Shown piece by piece: positions 1 to 9,811 of a DNA stretch of 64,000 nucleotides. Both the position numbers and the translations under genes were made by a program. The stretch covers positions 1 to 64,000 of the forward strand of contig JAWBBW010000004.1 in assembly GCA_038824035.1 (NCBI GenBank). Direction: 5' to 3'. This DNA is from Desulfurococcaceae archaeon (GTDB taxonomy: Archaea; Thermoproteota; Thermoprotei_A; Sulfolobales; Desulfurococcaceae). The notes below the pieces were generated by a model. It was not told the origin of the DNA, ran no database searches, and saw nothing but the letters and a program-made list of their open reading frames with translations. Every line of letters begins with the position of its first letter. Positions within the stretch are counted from its first letter, which is position 1.

Positions 1-9
1 AATTAATAG

Positions 10-190
10 AGAAATGACGGTTTTTCAGGTTGATTCACCATGACATATATCTTCGCCGTTGCCCAGCAACTCTCTTTACCCATTTGATATTAAACCCTCG
101 TGGAGATTTCTTGTGTGTTTAAAGTCCTTTCCAATTCATTTAATGACTTTAACCACTAACCCTGTTTCTCACTCATTCAGTGGATTTAAT
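10..190 (-). pseudogene. Possible degraded FeoA-like (SH3-fold) gene remnant
   Basis: Manual minus-strand translation gives LNPLNE*ETGLVVKVIK*IG, then after a frameshift YQMG...AKIYVMVNQPEKP. This resembles the FeoA pattern L..GE.G.V..V..G....RL.EMG...G..I.V....P. The in-frame TGAs at 169-171 and 136-138 sit where Gly (GGA) is expected. Confidence 0.35.
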
Positions 191-321
191 CTATGTTTCC
201 CAATGTAATGATCATTAACGCTGGTGATCAATACAACTGGGAAATAAGCCGATCAACTGACAAACTGTTTCATTAACGATGAACCGGGTCTTCCTGGGCT
301 CAGGATTATACATGGATTGAA

Positions 322-603
322 TTATACATGGGCGAACTCCGGTGAGACCTGTCCGTAGTTTATGCTTATGAATTCCACTTGGCTACCCCTTATCACCACT
401 CTACCATATCTCAACAATGGTTTCCCATCATTAGAGTACTCTGTGCAATTACTCAATACCACGTTCATAGTGCCATCCACTAGTTCCAATTGCCCTATGT
501 ATTCATATCCTCCTTTTAATCTAACCAATACCACGTTTCCCTCCGAGCTTTTCAATATTTTAAACGGGCTGACTGGCTTAATATTTCTCACCGCAGGGCT
601 CAC
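322..603 (-). CDS. Sm-like archaeal protein (LSm/SmAP, probably SmAP2 type)
   Basis: Sm1 motif VLVRLKGG.EYIGQL..VDGTMNVVLSNC and Sm2 motif YGRVVIRGSQV. GAGGTG RBS upstream. Confidence 0.92.
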   Translation of the reverse strand: MSPAVRNIKPVSPFKILKSSEGNVVLVRLKGGYEYIGQLELVDGTMNVVLSNCTEYSNDGKPLLRYGRVVIRGSQVEFISINYGQVSPEFAHV

Positions 604-872
604 TCAATAACACCTCATCTGTTTTTCTCGTTATTTACTACCACATTAATAATTCCCTCATGTATTTTTAAAACTATTGCCCCTCGATCACCAATCTAGA
701 CCGCATTTATCCAACTACTCGGCAAGTGTATTGGTAATGGGTTAAATGTAGGTATAAAGTGGTGTAAAACTTAAATATTTTTTTTTTACAAGTATATCCT
801 ACGCATAGTAATGGGTTTTAATCCCACAAAAAGAGTGTTGTAATAAAACCAGTTGGCTATTTTGGTGAAATC

Positions 873-2249
873 ATGGAATACTTCACCACGGGGATTAAGG
901 AACTCGATATATTCCTTGGAGAAATGCCCCCGGCCACTACTTTGTTGATAGAGGGTCATCCGGGTTCTGGCAAGACGATCTTGGCTTCAACCATATGCTA
1001 CGCCAACGCTGCTAGGGGGAGTAAATGTTTATATATCTCATTACAAGAGTCCAAGAACAAGTTATACAGCTCTATGAGAAAACTCGGCATGGATTTCAAA
1101 GAGCTAGAAGAAAAAGGGTTATTGAGATTCATATACATACCCATGTCCAGGTCTCTCGAGGATATCACAGACTTGTTAACAAGGGCTATATGCGAGTATT
1201 CACCAAGTGTAATAGTCGTGGATTCTATTACGGCGCTACTATATCTCGTTGACGAGCCTTCTAGGAGGGCTTGGCTTCAAAACTACTTCTACAGAGCGGC
1301 CGAGATAATAAATGGTCTCATGATCTTAATAGCCGAGACCCCGTATGAAAGAGACACCTGTGAACTAGGTGCAATAGAGTTCGTGGCCGATGTTGTGTTG
1401 TTTCTGAGACAAAAGATCGGGGGACCACTGATGTTCAGGACCATGGAGATCAGGAAAGCGCGTGGTGCACAGCTGAGGACGGTTACAGCACCGTTCGCGA
1501 TAATAGATGGGGTTGGAATTAGGTTATATGTACCCCCGGTTGTACCCGAGATACCGTATGAGAAAGGCGAGATCAAGGTGCCATGTGGACAGATAGTTAA
1601 ATATATACCTGGTTTAAACGATAAGCTACCAAGAGGGAGCATTATATACGTGTCATATCCAGCTGATCTACGCTTGATAGAAATATTGGCCTTTGCAATG
1701 ACCATGGCTAGTTTTAATAATACAAAGCTATTGATCATCAGTTTCAGGATATCGCCTTACTCGATGAAACAGACGTTATTGACATACATGGTGAAACTAG
1801 GGTATGAAAAAGATATCGCTGAGAAAATACTGGATAAGACAGTTGAATTTGTCAGTATAAACTCGCATTACTACCCAATGCCGGAACTCTACGCCACGAT
1901 CGCGTATTATGTGGAGAACACGAAAGCCGAGATAATAGTTTTCCACGCAATTGATCTCGTTTATCTATCGATCAAAGATGAGTTTCCATGGCTATTGAAC
2001 AACGTAATAAACCACTTGAAGGCGACTGAAAAGACCACTATATTCATGGGGGTGCCGATTAGTAATGACATGGATAATATAGTGGCGAGACTCAGTGACA
2101 TCGTAATCAAGGTATTCATTGAAGAGGATAAGGGCATTACTACAAAGGCGAGGATATGGGTTAGAGGAAATGCCCCTGTTTTAGTAACCCCTGATATGGT
2201 GAACGAGGAGATCGTGGCTAATTGTTTCAGAGAACATGTCAATCCCTAG
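873..2249 (+). CDS. KaiC/RAD55-family RecA-superfamily ATPase with two domains, the second degenerate
   Basis: N-terminal TTGIKELD, Walker A GHPGSGKT, Walker B VIVVDS, ADVV and IRKARG motifs. The second half lacks an intact Walker A. Confidence 0.88.
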   Translation: MEYFTTGIKELDIFLGEMPPATTLLIEGHPGSGKTILASTICYANAARGSKCLYISLQESKNKLYSSMRKLGMDFKELEEKGLLRFIYIPMSRSLEDITDLLTRAICEYSPSVIVVDSITALLYLVDEPSRRAWLQNYFYRAAEIINGLMILIAETPYERDTCELGAIEFVADVVLFLRQKIGGPLMFRTMEIRKARGAQLRTVTAPFAIIDGVGIRLYVPPVVPEIPYEKGEIKVPCGQIVKYIPGLNDKLPRGSIIYVSYPADLRLIEILAFAMTMASFNNTKLLIISFRISPYSMKQTLLTYMVKLGYEKDIAEKILDKTVEFVSINSHYYPMPELYATIAYYVENTKAEIIVFHAIDLVYLSIKDEFPWLLNNVINHLKATEKTTIFMGVPISNDMDNIVARLSDIVIKVFIEEDKGITTKARIWVRGNAPVLVTPDMVNEEIVANCFREHVNP

Positions 2250-2829
2250 CCATATCCCTAGATACAACCATGTATCTACGTGCACGGTGATCGTAGACAC
2301 ACATCGTCCCAGGATTGACCGCTATTTTCCTATTCACATAGAAGTAGTCTATGCAAGTGCCCATATATGTGAACTCGCTGTCTATATCTGGGGGCATAAC
2401 CGGCTCCACTATGCGACTAGATATGATGATTAAACCCTCTTGTTTAACCACGCGTTTCATCTCTCTGAGAGACTCTGCTTTATCCAGTATATTGTTCCAG
2501 ACAGTTATCGAGAACACGTAGTCGAAGACCTTATCTCTGAATGGGAGATTCTCGGCATAGGCATTGATAAACAATGTGAATGGATTTCCGAGTTTTTCAC
2601 GGGCTTTTTTCAACATACCGGTGCTGGGGTCTAGGCAAATGTATTGCATGGGTTTCCTGTGACTGCTACTCAGGTATTCATATAAAACACCTGTTCCACA
2701 GCCATTATCCAAGATCATGGCTGGCAATATCAAGTCCATGTGTATATCCATGAACCTGTATTTCACCCATTGCTCCTCGCCATATAATTCATCATAATCA
2801 TCTGCCAATATATCGTAGAAATCCTCCAT
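2239..2829 (-). CDS. Class I SAM-dependent methyltransferase
   Basis: ILDNGCGTG motif I, LDPS..ML, AENLPF...FD motifs. Confidence 0.9.
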   Translation of the reverse strand: MEDFYDILADDYDELYGEEQWVKYRFMDIHMDLILPAMILDNGCGTGVLYEYLSSSHRKPMQYICLDPSTGMLKKAREKLGNPFTLFINAYAENLPFRDKVFDYVFSITVWNNILDKAESLREMKRVVKQEGLIIISSRIVEPVMPPDIDSEFTYMGTCIDYFYVNRKIAVNPGTMCVYDHRARRYMVVSRDMARD

Positions 2830-2831
2830 CC

Positions 2832-3617
2832 TTAATCACTCTTGTTGAAAAACCTTTCAAGGGATATGTGTTTCTTTCTCTTCTCTTTAACCATACCCCA
2901 TAACTCCTTGAGATCTATGCTCTTGTACTCTAATCCAAGCCTATTAAGTGATTCCAATGCACTTGGAGAAAACGATGGAGATACCAATATCCCCCTTGGG
3001 CTCACCCCATGTTCTTTTTCAAATAACTTAACATACTTATATAGCTGTAATACAGCCTCCTTCGTAGCCAATGATCTTTTCAACTCTATCACCACGGGCC
3101 TGCCATTAACATCAATGCCATATATATCCACGTAACCATCTCCAAGCCGTTTTTCCACACCTACTATTCTCAGCCCTTTTTCTAATATATCCGGGTTCTC
3201 GACTATGATATCTCGTAAAGTGCCCTCATCCAAGTACATAGTGAATTCACCGGTATCCGTCAATTTATCGATCACAACCAGGTTTACCTTGGAAAGAAGT
3301 ATTGTCAAGTACTCCCTTGGCTTATCCCGGACAACATGTATTATCAACCCCATACCGGGCTTATTCAACACCTCGGTGATGGCCAATGATGGTTGCCAGT
3401 TAACTGGTTGATAACCCTCAGGCCTATGTACAAGCACAGCCCCATCCTGTTTTATAATGATGACTCTCTCGCCCTCTTCCAGCCTCGATGCACCCCTGCC
3501 TTCGTAATCAACTTTACAAGTACCTATGAGTATTACTAGTTTTCTCCCCGCAATGGCTTTTTTCAACTCCTCGCTAACTATGTCGAGGTCTGGGTTCTCC
3601 AATACCAGCATGGTCAT
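2832..3617 (-). CDS. nucS: Mismatch-specific endonuclease NucS/EndoMS
   Basis: C.VDYEGRG.S.L, IIKQDGAVLVH, PVNWQP, and the RecB-like nuclease motif VDI...VVIELKR...QL..Y. Confidence 0.95.
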   Translation of the reverse strand: MTMLVLENPDLDIVSEELKKAIAGRKLVILIGTCKVDYEGRGASRLEEGERVIIIKQDGAVLVHRPEGYQPVNWQPSLAITEVLNKPGMGLIIHVVRDKPREYLTILLSKVNLVVIDKLTDTGEFTMYLDEGTLRDIIVENPDILEKGLRIVGVEKRLGDGYVDIYGIDVNGRPVVIELKRSLATKEAVLQLYKYVKLFEKEHGVSPRGILVSPSFSPSALESLNRLGLEYKSIDLKELWGMVKEKRKKHISLERFFNKSD

Positions 3618-3690
3618 TGCCAGTTTAATTTAAAAAATGATTCGTTTTAAAGGACATCGACTTGTTATATAACCAGTTAATGAGATGTTT

Positions 3691-5757
3691 TCAAGAGCCC
3701 ATGTATATCTCTCTCCATTTTTTAAATATCTCGTATATCTCTTGCCTACGTGTGAACACGGGTATTGTTTCGATATTCACTTTGTAATCCAGGTAAATAC
3801 CCCCATTATATGTATCACCGCTATTCACATCTATCCACGTAGCCCCTTTGGGTAGGTATACTTTCCTGTAAACAGCTCCTTTCTCGTACACCGGTGCAAC
3901 GAGTATATCGGGGCCGAACATGTATTCATCTTCCACTTTATATGCTTCAAGGTCTTGTGGAAAATCGTAGAACAGCGGCCTCATGATGGGTATGCCTTCC
4001 TCGCTCGCTCTCTTCGCTTGTTCGAGTATATATGGTTTAAGCATTTCTCTCAGGAATAAAAGCCCCCTTATAACCCTGTATGCCTCTTCGCCGAAACTCC
4101 AGATCTCGTTAGGCCCCCCTGTCAACTCATAGACATCACATGTCGATGCATTTTCTGGATAGGGTTTTCTATATCCATGTAGCCTGAATATTGGACAGAA
4201 TACCCCGAACTGGAACCACCTTATGATCAGTTCTCTGAACGAGGGATCTTCTGGATCCCCGCCATAGAACCCGCCAATATCAGTGGTCCAGTATACTATC
4301 CCGGCCAGCGACGTGTTTAAACCAGCCTTTATCTGTCTCCTCAAAGAATCAAATGTCGATGGTATATCGCCGGACCACATCACTATTGGGAATCTCTGAG
4401 ATCCTATCCACGCCGCCCTGATTAAGAGCACGAAATCTCTCTCATCTTCGCTCATCAAGCCCTCCGCGAAAGCCTTTGCATAATAAAACGGATATATATT
4501 CCCAATCTCCAGTGCATTGCCCATATGATATCTCACGTTTTCATAATGATAGGGGAGTATATTGAAATATCCATAGTCCCATCCAAACTCCGGCTCTGCC
4601 TCGTCTAGCCAGAAGAGTTTTATACCATGTTTATAGTAATTCTCTCTCACTCTACTCCACACGAATTTACCCGCATCCGGGTTAGTGAAATCCACATACG
4701 TTGTTAATCCTCTGAATGAGTGAAGTATTGGAATGCCTTTCTCCGTTTTAACCAGGAACCCCTTGTTAACCATTTCACCATAGTTTTCGCTATTCAAATC
4801 TACTGTAGGCCATATCGACACCATTAACTTGACCCCCATTTCTTCTAATTCCTTGACCATGGAGTCCGGATCAGGCCAAAACCGTGGATCGAATTTCCAA
4901 TCGCCCTGATTAGTCCAGTGGAAGAAATCTATGACTATTATAGAGAGAGGTAGGCCGCGTTTCCTATACTCCCTGGCCACGTTCAACAATTCGCCCTGAC
5001 TCCTATATCTCAATTTACTTTGCCAAAAACCAAACGCGTATTCAGGTAGTAGTGGTGGTTTGCCGGTGATCTCCAGGTATTTCTTAATGACCTCTGCAGG
5101 GGTTTCGCCATATATTACAAGGTAATCGATCTGTTTCGATGCCTCACACTCCCACATAGTCCAGTTCTTGGCGAACTCTACTCTCCCAATACATGGATTG
5201 TTCCACAAGAACCCATAAAACACCCCTTCACTGGGCCTGGCAAACAATGCGAACGGGATGCTTACCTGTGTATTTCTATGTGCTAATTCAAGGGAACAGC
5301 CCTTTAAATCGAGATACCCAATTGCGTATTGGCCCATGCCATAGACATGCTCGTTGTCACGAGCCTTCAAATATAGCTGTATTTTATAGAGATCTCCGTT
5401 GATATGCCTATAGTTCCTAGCCTTCAATAAATTGGCGTTGTTAACCCTGTAATCAATCCATAATTCCTCCAACAACACTTTGCCATCAACTGTGATATAC
5501 CTGGCCACGCCATCCCGAGTAATCTCGAGGACTAGTTTCCCGTTACGCAATAATGCCTTATCCCCATTTATATTTACCTCTACATCGGGCTTATCACAGG
5601 GTTTCAACAAGGTCCAATCATCCATTGAAATCCTGCCGCTATACGAGGACCTAAATCTGATTACATCTCTACACCAAGGCTCGATCCTCAGTGTTTCCCC
5701 AGATCCAGTTGCTATGAGGACGTTGTTTTCCATGGAGAATGAGTATTTATAAGCCAA
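3691..5757 (-). CDS. Glycoside hydrolase family 31 (alpha-xylosidase/alpha-glucosidase-like)
   Basis: GFWQSKLRY, nucleophile motif FWLDEAEP, acid/base motif WSGD, WTTDIGGF, PIFRLHG, YMFGPDILVAPV. Confidence 0.95.
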   Translation of the reverse strand: MAYKYSFSMENNVLIATGSGETLRIEPWCRDVIRFRSSYSGRISMDDWTLLKPCDKPDVEVNINGDKALLRNGKLVLEITRDGVARYITVDGKVLLEELWIDYRVNNANLLKARNYRHINGDLYKIQLYLKARDNEHVYGMGQYAIGYLDLKGCSLELAHRNTQVSIPFALFARPSEGVFYGFLWNNPCIGRVEFAKNWTMWECEASKQIDYLVIYGETPAEVIKKYLEITGKPPLLPEYAFGFWQSKLRYRSQGELLNVAREYRKRGLPLSIIVIDFFHWTNQGDWKFDPRFWPDPDSMVKELEEMGVKLMVSIWPTVDLNSENYGEMVNKGFLVKTEKGIPILHSFRGLTTYVDFTNPDAGKFVWSRVRENYYKHGIKLFWLDEAEPEFGWDYGYFNILPYHYENVRYHMGNALEIGNIYPFYYAKAFAEGLMSEDERDFVLLIRAAWIGSQRFPIVMWSGDIPSTFDSLRRQIKAGLNTSLAGIVYWTTDIGGFYGGDPEDPSFRELIIRWFQFGVFCPIFRLHGYRKPYPENASTCDVYELTGGPNEIWSFGEEAYRVIRGLLFLREMLKPYILEQAKRASEEGIPIMRPLFYDFPQDLEAYKVEDEYMFGPDILVAPVYEKGAVYRKVYLPKGATWIDVNSGDTYNGGIYLDYKVNIETIPVFTRRQEIYEIFKKWREIYMGS

Positions 5758-5872
5758 TGTGGATCACCATGACAATGATACATGCCATGTAGATTACGAG
5801 TTTTACCTTATATTGCAGGGCATTGAAATACTTTATTAAAAGCTGTGTAATCGCAGAAAAGGGGTGATCTAA

Positions 5873-6748
5873 ATAAAGATCAAGCCTATAGCATTCGATA
5901 GCATGGGCATCAGGAGTATGGCAACCATTGTTGAGACAAGCGAAGGGATCTTCCTAATAGATCCCGGTGCAGCATTGGCACCACGTAGATATGGTTTACC
6001 ACCTCACGACATGGAATTAAGGGCTTTGAAGAGGTATCTCGATGAGATATACTCATATATGGGACAGGCCGATTATGTTATAATATCCCATTACCATAGA
6101 GATCACTACTTGTATAGGCAGGGCGAAGAAATTCACTATAGGAATAAATTGTTGTTAGTGAAAAACCCTGTCTCCAAGATAAATTGGCGACAAAGAGTGA
6201 GAGCCCATTTATTGTTCGAGAAAATGTCTGTTAAAAACCTTGCAAAGGAGATCAGGTATGTCGATGGCATGGAGATCGATATTGGAAAAGTCAAACTCAA
6301 GTTTTCAGCCCCTCTTAGCCATGGGGATTGTGATTCCAAACTGGGCTGGGTGCTTGTCACGAGTATCAGTGAAGAAGGCTATGTATTCACGCATGCCAGT
6401 GATATACAGGGTTGTCTATGTAATGAATCACTCAATTACTTGGTCAATATAGATCACGATGTGCTCGCCCTAAGTGGTCCTCCAACATACATAGCGCGTG
6501 ACAAGGGCTTAGCTCTATTGGCTAATTTGATCAAATTGGTGAGGGTTCTCAAACCCAATACCACTGTGATCCTAGATCACCACATACTCCGGGATAGGGA
6601 ATATGAAAAATACCTTGAAACACTGAGAAAAGAGAACCCGGAGGTCAATATTTTAACAGCGGCTGAATACATCGGTATTGATGTGAACCAGTTAGAGGCA
6701 TATAGGGATATATTATGGCGGGGACATCTAACCAGGGCAAACCCATAA
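5873..6748 (+). CDS. Metallo-beta-lactamase-fold hydrolase (UPF0282-like)
   Basis: GIRSMAT, IDPGAALAPRRYGLPP, SHYHRDH, HASDIQG, LDHHILRD. The ORF track starts at ATG 5903, but the family-like N-terminus extends in frame to ATA at 5873, just behind a GGGGTGA RBS. Confidence 0.88.
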   Translation: MKIKPIAFDSMGIRSMATIVETSEGIFLIDPGAALAPRRYGLPPHDMELRALKRYLDEIYSYMGQADYVIISHYHRDHYLYRQGEEIHYRNKLLLVKNPVSKINWRQRVRAHLLFEKMSVKNLAKEIRYVDGMEIDIGKVKLKFSAPLSHGDCDSKLGWVLVTSISEEGYVFTHASDIQGCLCNESLNYLVNIDHDVLALSGPPTYIARDKGLALLANLIKLVRVLKPNTTVILDHHILRDREYEKYLETLRKENPEVNILTAAEYIGIDVNQLEAYRDILWRGHLTRANP

Positions 6749-7365
6749 TAGTGATCGAGCATCTCGAGGAAAGTCTAAGTCCGTGGCTACTACTGGAATA
6801 TAGGCATGTATCCATGTTTTATGGAAAAGAATGGCTGTGGTTTACAAATATACCGGTCAAATATCATCGCGTACTGAGAAAATACAGTGCCCATGTATTT
6901 GACAAGAGCATTATAGCGCTGGTTGAGAATGGCCTTGTGAAACCTAATGAGCTGATAATCCTAGACCCACAGAGCAGTAATGAACTAGGATATAATGTGT
7001 TAGCAAGTACAAAATACGTTTTAATTGGAGGCATACTCGGAGATCACCCCCCTAGGGGTAGGACAAAGGCCATGTTAACTAGTAAACTGAGAGGTGTACA
7101 AGCCTACAATATTGGAGAGATGCAATACAGCATTGATGGCGCGGCCTATTATATCCATTACCTATGGATACATAGAGGTATTGAGGGTTTCAAATACATA
7201 GACGGCGTCTCCATAGATACGGATCACGGCTCGGTTTATCTACCATATAGATATCCATTAGTCAATGGAAAACCCCTATTAGCTGACGGCCTCGAATACT
7301 ATATAAAACACAGGAAATTACGAGAAGACATTTGGCGAGAGCTATTTAGCGAAAGCGATGGGTAA
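6715..7365 (+). CDS. SPOUT-class methyltransferase, Sfm1/DUF431-like
   Basis: IEHLE..LSPWLLLEY, ILDP, GGILGDHPPRGRT, VYLPYRY. Confidence 0.88.
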   Translation: MAGTSNQGKPIIVIEHLEESLSPWLLLEYRHVSMFYGKEWLWFTNIPVKYHRVLRKYSAHVFDKSIIALVENGLVKPNELIILDPQSSNELGYNVLASTKYVLIGGILGDHPPRGRTKAMLTSKLRGVQAYNIGEMQYSIDGAAYYIHYLWIHRGIEGFKYIDGVSIDTDHGSVYLPYRYPLVNGKPLLADGLEYYIKHRKLREDIWRELFSESDG

Positions 7366-7403
7366 TGTCAACCACGTATCACTCGACGTGGTTTTAAACA
7401 TAA

Positions 7404-7679
7404 CTATTTAAACACATCATATAGGATGTATGATGTTATAAGCCATGTTGCGTAAAATGTCATCAAGCCCCTGAGGTAGAGATGAAATCTTTTAGTTGGT
7501 CTATACCTAAATAGGACATATAATATGGTCGCATAATACACTAGTATTGAGCCAGACCAGGCTATAGAGGACACTATTATGGGTGGTAGAAAATACGTCA
7601 AAACAAACACTGAAACACCATATATCAGCCCAGTCAATAGCCTTGTGAGTATTATCCTATCCTCTATGTCGAGTTGCAT
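7404..7679 (-). CDS. Small 3-TM membrane protein, possibly EMC6/Rab5ip-like
   Basis: Likely start is ATG at 7679, since the ORF-track extension overlaps the divergent gene. Three hydrophobic segments, ending GLMTFYATWLITSYILYD. Confidence 0.6.
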   Translation of the reverse strand: MQLDIEDRIILTRLLTGLIYGVSVFVLTYFLPPIIVSSIAWSGSILVYYATILYVLFRYRPTKRFHLYLRGLMTFYATWLITSYILYDVFK

Positions 7680-7740
7680 CTCGTAACCCAGTGGATTTAA
7701 GGGAATACATGGCTTATTAACATTACCAGGGTGTGTCCTC

Positions 7741-9726
7741 TTGCTTAAGAAACAAATGGATATAATCGACATATATGCCTGGACTCAGCGATACAGAGAT
7801 AGCGTGGTCAATTGTTTCATCGATAATGTTTACAGGGCTAAGAGGTATTGGTTATTGAAATTAAGGTGTAGAGATGATATCAAGTTACTTAAAATAGAGC
7901 CCGGCCGTAGAATTCACTTCACTCGTGCTGAACCTATGGATAAGGATATAGATAACCTGGCGAGGTATCTCAGAGCACATGTGAGAGATGGGAAAATCAC
8001 TGGCATGGAGATGCCCTGGTGGGAGAGAATAGTGGTTTTAACCACATTTAAACACGAAGAAAGCTTGAAACACTACATAGAGCTACTTCCAAGAGGACTA
8101 TGGGTTGTGGTGGATAGCAATGACAAGATCATGTATGCATCGAGGTTTGAGGAATATAGAGATAGAGCTATAAAACCAGGACTCCATTATAAGCCGCCTC
8201 CAATGAAAAGCGCCACGCCATTTAATGAAAATGCCCTAATAGATTCATTGAATAAGGGGAAAGACCTTGTAAGAGGGATAGTGTTTGAATGGGGATTACC
8301 AGGCTATATAGCCGAGGAACTATTGCACAGAGCCGGGTTATACGAGGCTAAGAACACAAGACCAGCAAATATACCACGAGAAGACCTAGATGCGCTATTA
8401 AAGTCCTACAGAGAGATCGTCTCTGAGAGCTTAATTGGCAAGGGTTACCTGGTCTTAAAGGATGGTTCTTACGAGGTATTCGCCCCCTTTAAGCCATTGC
8501 TTTTCAAAGAGATCTATGATTGCGAGGTGAAAGAGCTCGATGATTTCAACGACTCCGTTGACACGTATTTCATGGAGTATGAATTACTCATGGAACGCGA
8601 GGAAATAGAACAGAAAATACAGAGGGAAATAGAATCACTAAGGCTTCGCATCAACGAGCAGGAGGCTGTCATTAGGAGATATGAAGAGGAGTTAAATGCC
8701 ATTTCAAATAAGCTCCGATTGATTTATGAAAACTTTGAGAGTGTTCAGAGAATACTCGATTGCTCTGTTTTAACCAGGGAGAAAAAGGGCTGGGAAAGTG
8801 TGATCAGTGAGTGCGGGGTGAAATCATTTGACCGCGCGAAAGGCGTTATATACGTGGAAATAGGCGAGGTCATCGTAGACCTATCCATTAGGAGGTCTCT
8901 CGAAGATCAATTGATCGAATTAGAAAGAAATCGGAGAGAGCTGGAGAAAAAGATCAAAAGAGCGCAAGAAGTCTTACAGGGAATGAGAAATCAGCTGGAG
9001 AAAGGGATAAGTAGGGAAGAGCCATTGTCTCTCGTGAAACCATCCCCTAGGTATTGGTATGAGAGATTTCACTGGATGTTCACGCGTAATAAATACCTGG
9101 TCATAGCTGGTAGGGATGCCTCTCAGAACGAGGCAATTGTCAAGAAATACCTAGGCGAAAACGATATATTCATCCATGCCGACATACAGGGCGCCCCCGT
9201 TGTCGCGCTCTTGACAAAGGGCTCTATGCCCGAGGAAGGCGATATAATGGATGCTAGCCTAATAGCGGCTTGTTACTCGAAGGCTTGGAAAGCTGGATTT
9301 AGCTATATCGACGTTTACTGGGTTAGGGGTAACCAGGTATCCAAGAAACCGCCCTCAGGCGAGTACTTGTCAAAAGGCTCGTTTATGATATATGGCGAGA
9401 GAAATTTCATTAAGATGCCACTTGAACTCGGCATAGGGATTAGGGTTTTTTGTGACAATATCTATGGAGAGTACGTAAAGGTTGTAGTGGGGCCTAGGGA
9501 ATTATTAGACAAGGAGACATTAGCATACGCTGTCCTAATGCCAGGTGATAGGAATCCTGAGGAAATAGCCAAGGATCTAGCAGAATATTTCGAGAGAGCT
9601 ATTAGGGCTGTGAAAAACACTCCATATAAAATACCACTTCGAGACATCGTCGAAAAACTGCCTGGCAAATCCATGATCGTGTCTTTAAACCATGGTAAAG
9701 GACCCACGAAGTGCGAGGAATCATGA
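7741..9726 (+). CDS. rqcH: Ribosome quality-control factor Rqc2/NEMF/RqcH homolog (NFACT family)
   Basis: N-terminal NFACT-N domain, long coiled coil, and NFACT-R motifs WYERFHW, AGRDASQNE, HADIQGAP, QVSKKPPSGEYL.KGSFMIYG. Confidence 0.92.
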   Translation: MLKKQMDIIDIYAWTQRYRDSVVNCFIDNVYRAKRYWLLKLRCRDDIKLLKIEPGRRIHFTRAEPMDKDIDNLARYLRAHVRDGKITGMEMPWWERIVVLTTFKHEESLKHYIELLPRGLWVVVDSNDKIMYASRFEEYRDRAIKPGLHYKPPPMKSATPFNENALIDSLNKGKDLVRGIVFEWGLPGYIAEELLHRAGLYEAKNTRPANIPREDLDALLKSYREIVSESLIGKGYLVLKDGSYEVFAPFKPLLFKEIYDCEVKELDDFNDSVDTYFMEYELLMEREEIEQKIQREIESLRLRINEQEAVIRRYEEELNAISNKLRLIYENFESVQRILDCSVLTREKKGWESVISECGVKSFDRAKGVIYVEIGEVIVDLSIRRSLEDQLIELERNRRELEKKIKRAQEVLQGMRNQLEKGISREEPLSLVKPSPRYWYERFHWMFTRNKYLVIAGRDASQNEAIVKKYLGENDIFIHADIQGAPVVALLTKGSMPEEGDIMDASLIAACYSKAWKAGFSYIDVYWVRGNQVSKKPPSGEYLSKGSFMIYGERNFIKMPLELGIGIRVFCDNIYGEYVKVVVGPRELLDKETLAYAVLMPGDRNPEEIAKDLAEYFERAIRAVKNTPYKIPLRDIVEKLPGKSMIVSLNHGKGPTKCEES

Positions 9727-9811
9727 CATCGTGTTGGAGTAAATATTAAGGTTTAAATTATCATAAAGTATAACCTTCTATCAAGTATGATGCTCATAAG
9801 AGGGGTTTGAT

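Noticed and set aside
208-260. Possible C/D box sRNA (ATGATCA...CTGA, about 53 nt)
   Set aside because: The C box is imperfect, there is no convincing D'/C' pair, and no guide target could be verified.
3691-5757. Sulfoquinovose pathway idea (GH31 plus PfkB plus aldolase plus WOR)
   Set aside because: The GH31 has WLDEAEP rather than the sulfoquinovosidase-type WMADFGE motif, and it lies more than 35 kb from the other genes.
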